64,000 nt of DNA, taken from Candidatus Obscuribacteraceae bacterium. GTDB taxonomy: Bacteria > Cyanobacteriota > Vampirovibrionia > Obscuribacterales > Obscuribacteraceae. Below are positions 59,454 to 64,000 of this stretch, one piece after another. The translations under genes and the position numbers were made by a program. Each line of letters starts with the position of its first letter. Positions within the stretch are counted from its first letter, which is position 1. Under the pieces are notes generated by a model, which had not been told where the DNA came from, did no database searches, and saw only the letters and a program-made list of their open reading frames with translations. The stretch spans positions 192,001 through 256,000 of the forward strand of contig JBGASG010000006.1 of the NCBI GenBank assembly GCA_044229845.1, read 5' to 3'.

Positions 59454-60197
59454 TCAGGCAGCCTTACCCATTTTCGCGGCCGCTTCATGCACCGCTTTGT
59501 CGAGCCTTTCGATTTCGTCGCCGCAGCCGCATTTCGTCAGCGACTCAAGAGGCTTTCCTTCAGATAGAGCAACGATATTGCGCCGCACTACGTGATAGCG
59601 CTTATGGCACGAGCCGCCCATAAAGATAATCATCAAGAGCCAGGTCAGACCGCCGAATACCGCAACAAATACGCCGCCGGTGGAGATGGCCCGCACAAGA
59701 GCCATGAACATGCCGAGCACAGTTTGCCCTTTCATCTCATCGACAGTTCCGGAAAGGTTTCGGCTTGCGTTCGACCACTCATCAACTGATGCTGAAAGTT
59801 TGTCGGCACTCGGCTTGCCGGCATCGCACTGCTCTTTGTATTGCTTGAAAGCGGCCAGCAGTTTGGTCGAATCGCTTTTCAGATCTGCATCCTGGTTGGG
59901 GCGACCGTCTTCAATCGCTAATTTACCCACAGCGGCTGCCGCCGCCGGAATCTCGGCCGCTGCTCTCTCGTGCTGCTGCAGGACACTCTTGTCCCTGGTG
60001 GCTCCATAGACAATCAGAGCATTGGATGCACGATCGACAGCCGAAGAGAGCCCATCGCCAGCCTTCCGCAGCGCATCGCCGCGGTGAGAGGCTCTGTCAA
60101 TCTCGGCTTCCACGGCTTTCGGATCGCCGACGATCCAGCCCGCCGCACCAGCAACAATGAGCGGAACCAGTCCGGACAACAAGATTTTTAGCCACAT
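59454..60197 (-). CDS. 2-TM protein with four-helix sensor-like domain and HAMP-like tail
   Basis: TM-helical domain-TM, then ...GDEIERLDKAVHEAA; no output domain. Confidence 0.65.
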   Translation of the reverse strand: MWLKILLSGLVPLIVAGAAGWIVGDPKAVEAEIDRASHRGDALRKAGDGLSSAVDRASNALIVYGATRDKSVLQQHERAAAEIPAAAAAVGKLAIEDGRPNQDADLKSDSTKLLAAFKQYKEQCDAGKPSADKLSASVDEWSNASRNLSGTVDEMKGQTVLGMFMALVRAISTGGVFVAVFGGLTWLLMIIFMGGSCHKRYHVVRRNIVALSEGKPLESLTKCGCGDEIERLDKAVHEAAAKMGKAA

Positions 60198-60261
60198 AAT
60201 GACAGCCTCGGCTTTTAAACGTCAGCCCAGTCTATCAACAATAGGCATAGGTGTATTGGAT

Positions 60262-60819
60262 CTATTCGTACTCGATGATGGCGAAAACGTCTGTGCCGGT
60301 AGGCAGCTTCGAGCGGCCTTTCAAGAAACCCAGCTCGACTACAAACCCAACACCGACCACTTCGCTCTTCAGCGTTTTCATCAATCGGCACGCTGCGGCA
60401 GCAGTGCCACCAGTGGCCAACAGGTCGTCAATGATGACCACACGCTGTCCCGGCTCGGTCGCATCCATATGGATTTCCAGACTGTCCGTGCCGTACTCCA
60501 GTTCATAAGATTCACGTTGTACTTTGTGCGGCAGCTTGCCCGGCTTGCGAATCGGAATGAAACCGATACCAATGCGGTGAGCAATCGCCGGTCCGAGAAT
60601 GAAACCGCGAGCTTCGATGCCGGCGATATAGTCCAGCTTCATCGGGGCGTATTTCTCGGCGAATACGTCAATCACATAGCCGAATGCTGTCGGATCCTTG
60701 AGGAGCGTTGTCAAATCCTTGAAAACGATACCCGGTTTTGGGAAGTCAGGAATGTCACGAATGGTGCTCTTCAGCCAGTCAGCCTTCTCGCGGGTGACGG
60801 GCAGCATTTGCTCTTTCAT
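60262..60819 (-). CDS. apt: Adenine phosphoribosyltransferase
   Basis: DFPKPGIVFKD, IEARGF, RKPGKLP, IIDDLLATGGT. Confidence 0.97.
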   Translation of the reverse strand: MKEQMLPVTREKADWLKSTIRDIPDFPKPGIVFKDLTTLLKDPTAFGYVIDVFAEKYAPMKLDYIAGIEARGFILGPAIAHRIGIGFIPIRKPGKLPHKVQRESYELEYGTDSLEIHMDATEPGQRVVIIDDLLATGGTAAAACRLMKTLKSEVVGVGFVVELGFLKGRSKLPTGTDVFAIIEYE

Positions 60820-63524
60820 ACTTCGGATTCAACCTTCATGGCGCTCGGCTGGACGGGCGATGGATCTGACGGCGCGGTAGCCGCAGGCGCTTGCAACTCG
60901 AGTGCATTGGGGACGACTGCTAATTGTATCTCGGAGAGCTCGGTCTGCGCGCACCAGAGCCGAAATTCGGCGATTTGCGCCAAACTACTTGATAATTGAC
61001 GAAACTCCGGAAGCTCTTCGGGCTTGCCCGCAGGCTGGTCCACCAGGTCAACAAAGAGCATGCCGTCCTCGGCAAACCAATCGATGACGTGGATCTTCTT
61101 CAAGATGGAGAGTGCCAACGCCACACTCATCTTATCCACCGAAAGCGCAGCAGCCAGACGATCAGGATCGGCCTGGCCTTCTTTATGATTGACCGCATAC
61201 TTCACCAGCGCATACAGCTTGCGCAACATGGTGGTGGCATCAGGCGCCTCCGACTGCAATGCGCCGATCAAGTACACATGCTGCGCGGCGCTCTTGCGCA
61301 CCAGAGCACGAAAGACTTGAAGCGACGGCGGATATTGCCAGAGCACCAGGTGGGTCTGGTCGGTGACATCGCAGCGGCCGACGAGAGTGTGCCCGGGCAG
61401 TTTCTCGCTGGTCTCAGCAAAGAGAGCAACTTTGTCGCCAAGCTTACGAACAGCTGCGTCCAGAAGACTGCGCGCATCAGAGTGCTCGCGCAAATCCTTC
61501 CAGGAAATCGGTCGGCTGGCGAAACGAGCATTTGCCTGCGCGGCACCGGCGGCTGCATCAGGCACCGCGGTTTCGCGCGCGCCATCAGCGGCCGCCGCCG
61601 GCACGACCGGCAAATCCATGGTATCGGAGAGTTTCGTCGATTGCGCGTTGGCAGCCAGAGTTTCAGCGCGCGCGAGATCCGCGGGAGCCACTTCCACCGC
61701 CATCCCCGGAGCCGCTGCCGGCGGTGTCATATCCATTTCGGCTTCCACTTCGACCACGTCACGCAAAGCAGCATCGCGCCAGTCACAAAGCACCAGCTGC
61801 AGTCGGTCGACACCATTGTATGTGTTGATCTCGGGGGAAAAGGCAATATCGACTTGATCGCCGATTTGCGGAATGCGCCCGCGCGAGTTCCACATTACAC
61901 ATTCGAATTCATCGGCACCGCCCGACACGGTGATGCGATGGTGCTTGCCTTCCTTGCCCAGAACACGGGTCGCGACGCATTCCAATCCTTCGCTGACGAA
62001 GACCGGCTTGCGATTACCCATCCCGAAGGGTGCCAGGCGAGACAAGCTGCGCGCCAGAGGCTGCGTCAGATCGCGCGGCTCCAAAATGCAATCAATTTCC
62101 AGCTGCGATTTGCGCGCTTGACCCTGCAAAAGACGCGTGCAGGTATCGACAACGGCGCGGCAGAATAATTCGGCTTTATCCAGTTCGACGGTGAATCCGG
62201 CCGCCGCTTTGTGGCCGCCCCACTTCTGCGCCAGTTGCTCGTTGAGCTTCAACGCCTGATGCAGATCGATGGACGGGACGCCGCGCGCCGATCCTTTGAT
62301 GACTTTCTCGCCTTCATCCATCTCGGCAATGAAAACAGGAACTGAGTATTTCTCGACCAGTCGCGCCGCCACAATGCCGACAACGCCGTGGTGCCAGCCC
62401 TCGCCGTAGATGGCAATGGCGCGATCTATAGATAGGTTGCAGGTCTGCTGAACTTTCTTGTCCGCCTCGAAGAAAACTTGCTCGCACAAATCCTGGCGGC
62501 GAGTGTTCTCCATTTCCAGCGAGCGCGCAATTTCCTGCGCACGAGTTTCGTCGCTGGTGGTCAAAAGCTCAACGGCAGTGGTGGCATCGGACAGACGGCC
62601 GGCTGCATTCAGGCGGGGCGCCAGTCCAAACCCGACCAGATCCGTTCCTTCCTTATGTCCAGCCAGCTCCAACAAGGCTTTGATGCCCGGTCGCTGCGAA
62701 TTGATCAGCTTCGGCATACCCACCTGGACGAGATAGCGATTCTCTCTCACCAGGGGCACCATGTCGGCGATCAAGCCCAAAGTGACCAGGTCGAGCAGAT
62801 CGTCGATCATCTCCGGCTTGCCGCTATCGATCAAGAGCGCCTCGGCAAGCTTGTAGGCAACGCCGACTCCGGAAAGATCAAAGAGCGGGTGGTCGTCGGA
62901 GAGATGCTTGGGATGCATGATTGCCACCGCCGGCGGCGCCATATCGGGCAGCGCGTGGTGATCTAATATGATCGTCTCCACACCCAGCGATTTGGCGAAA
63001 TTGATTTCGGCAAAATTGGAAATTCCGCAATCGCAAGTGATGATCAGCTTGCTGCGATGCTTGCTGGCCAGCACGCTGACTGCTTTGAGGTTCAGTCCGT
63101 AACCTTCGGACGCACGGTTAGGAATGTAGAAATCGACCCGCGCCCCCAGTTCACGCAAGACCGTCAGCATCACGCAGGTGGCGGTGATACCATCGACGTC
63201 GTAGTCGCCATACACGGTGATCTGCTCATTCTGCTCGATCGCCTGTTTGATGCGTGCTACCGCCCGCGGTGTGTCGGCGAAGGACAGCGGGCTGGAAGTC
63301 TGGCACTTGTCCGGTTGCAGATAAGCCTCGGCTTCGACTGCCGTCCGCACGCCGCGATTTAACAAGAGCCGAGCCAGCAGTGCCGAATTATCGGCTGCTG
63401 CAATCAGCTCAGCCGTCGGCTGTTCGTCAGTTGGCATCACCCAATGCCGGGACGGCAAGCCCCGACGCGAACTTTCCATAGCTATCGACATGCCTTCCCT
63501 CGCTGAAGTCGATACGCCGGACAT
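60816..63524 (-). CDS. recJ: ssDNA exonuclease RecJ with C-terminal extension
   Basis: GDYDVDG, DHH, APRLNAAGR, GSAR, GGHKAAAG, PFGMGN; exact start uncertain. Confidence 0.95.
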   Translation of the reverse strand: MSGVSTSAREGMSIAMESSRRGLPSRHWVMPTDEQPTAELIAAADNSALLARLLLNRGVRTAVEAEAYLQPDKCQTSSPLSFADTPRAVARIKQAIEQNEQITVYGDYDVDGITATCVMLTVLRELGARVDFYIPNRASEGYGLNLKAVSVLASKHRSKLIITCDCGISNFAEINFAKSLGVETIILDHHALPDMAPPAVAIMHPKHLSDDHPLFDLSGVGVAYKLAEALLIDSGKPEMIDDLLDLVTLGLIADMVPLVRENRYLVQVGMPKLINSQRPGIKALLELAGHKEGTDLVGFGLAPRLNAAGRLSDATTAVELLTTSDETRAQEIARSLEMENTRRQDLCEQVFFEADKKVQQTCNLSIDRAIAIYGEGWHHGVVGIVAARLVEKYSVPVFIAEMDEGEKVIKGSARGVPSIDLHQALKLNEQLAQKWGGHKAAAGFTVELDKAELFCRAVVDTCTRLLQGQARKSQLEIDCILEPRDLTQPLARSLSRLAPFGMGNRKPVFVSEGLECVATRVLGKEGKHHRITVSGGADEFECVMWNSRGRIPQIGDQVDIAFSPEINTYNGVDRLQLVLCDWRDAALRDVVEVEAEMDMTPPAAAPGMAVEVAPADLARAETLAANAQSTKLSDTMDLPVVPAAAADGARETAVPDAAAGAAQANARFASRPISWKDLREHSDARSLLDAAVRKLGDKVALFAETSEKLPGHTLVGRCDVTDQTHLVLWQYPPSLQVFRALVRKSAAQHVYLIGALQSEAPDATTMLRKLYALVKYAVNHKEGQADPDRLAAALSVDKMSVALALSILKKIHVIDWFAEDGMLFVDLVDQPAGKPEELPEFRQLSSSLAQIAEFRLWCAQTELSEIQLAVVPNALELQAPAATAPSDPSPVQPSAMKVESEV

Positions 63525-63558
63525 ATCCGATCAACAATCTGCGAATATATTTTTGGCG

Positions 63559-63574
63559 CCACCATATGTGGTGC
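63559..63574. promoter_or_regulatory. NrdR-box-like site upstream of recJ-apt
   Basis: cCACCATATGTGGTGc. Confidence 0.4.
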
Positions 63575-63659
63575 CGTCCCGCGTGCCCAAAGCATACTCG
63601 ATCGCCCGGGACGACGCGGATTAAATCCAGGTTGGATCCGGCAACAGCGGACTTAGAGA

Positions 63660-63989
63660 TCAGTGGCGACGGGCCTTCTTGAGAGCGCTGGTATAAATCT
63701 CTTCAATACGCTCAGGGCGCGCATCATCAGGCCAGTTTTCCAGGTTGATCTCAATCACCGTCGTATAAGACGGACCGTGCGGCCAGGGCAGAGCCCAGCC
63801 CGCAAACCAGATCACCGGAAACAGCAGAACGTGAAATGTCACGGCAACACAAAAAGCTTCACCCAGGGGCACCTGTTCTTTGAACCATTCGGCACATCTG
63901 CGATATAACCGAGTCTTGAGAGGCTCGGATTTATAGGCGAACGCTTCCGGCACGTCAGGGTTAGGAGATGCTTGTTTTTTCCAGACCAC
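63660..63989 (-). CDS. Hypothetical single-TM protein
   Basis: Hydrophobic segment VAVTFHVLLFPVIW; GTG start with AGGAG RBS at the window edge. Confidence 0.6.
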   Translation of the reverse strand: MVWKKQASPNPDVPEAFAYKSEPLKTRLYRRCAEWFKEQVPLGEAFCVAVTFHVLLFPVIWFAGWALPWPHGPSYTTVIEINLENWPDDARPERIEEIYTSALKKARRH

Positions 63990-64000
63990 GCGCTCCTGAT

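Noticed and set aside
1..64000. Cyanobacterial HIP1 (GCGATCGC) enrichment
   Set aside because: Only a handful of copies noticed by eye; enrichment cannot be claimed without a count against a Markov background.

Overview
A ~57% GC bacterial chromosomal window, gene-dense and mostly housekeeping or metabolic. It contains the leuA 5' end, a metB-like gene plus aspartokinase, mtnA and an mtnB-like gene, a P450, clpSA, proBAC, patA, glpK, nrdAB (class Ia), cobB, birA, yhhQ, apt, recJ and tRNA-Leu(CAA), interspersed with orphan proteins. The gene mix tentatively suggests a non-photosynthetic cyanobacterial relative (Melainabacteria/Obscuribacterales-like); this is an inference, not a demonstration. 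No CRISPR array, prophage, integrase or intact IS was seen. The most notable signals are largely invisible in the ORF track: (1) a Met-rich leader peptide (MSNRATTMMMSMNMR...) with pause, antiterminator and terminator segments upstream of the metB-like/ACT-less aspartokinase operon, i.e. an apparent methionine-sensing ribosome-mediated attenuator, paralleled by a Leu-rich attenuator upstream of leuA, both apparently leaderless; (2) an intergenic palindromic repeat family with core GCGATATCGC, about 23 copies in 7 loci; (3) an IS1595-transposase-derived protein whose DDE core appears replaced by a DprA-like winged helix, next to one repeat array; (4) a sensorless double-module histidine kinase - orphan MglA GTPase - NarL regulator cluster; (5) a 38-bp perfect palindrome and four NrdR-box-like sites. 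All product calls come from motif recognition by eye, with no database searches.
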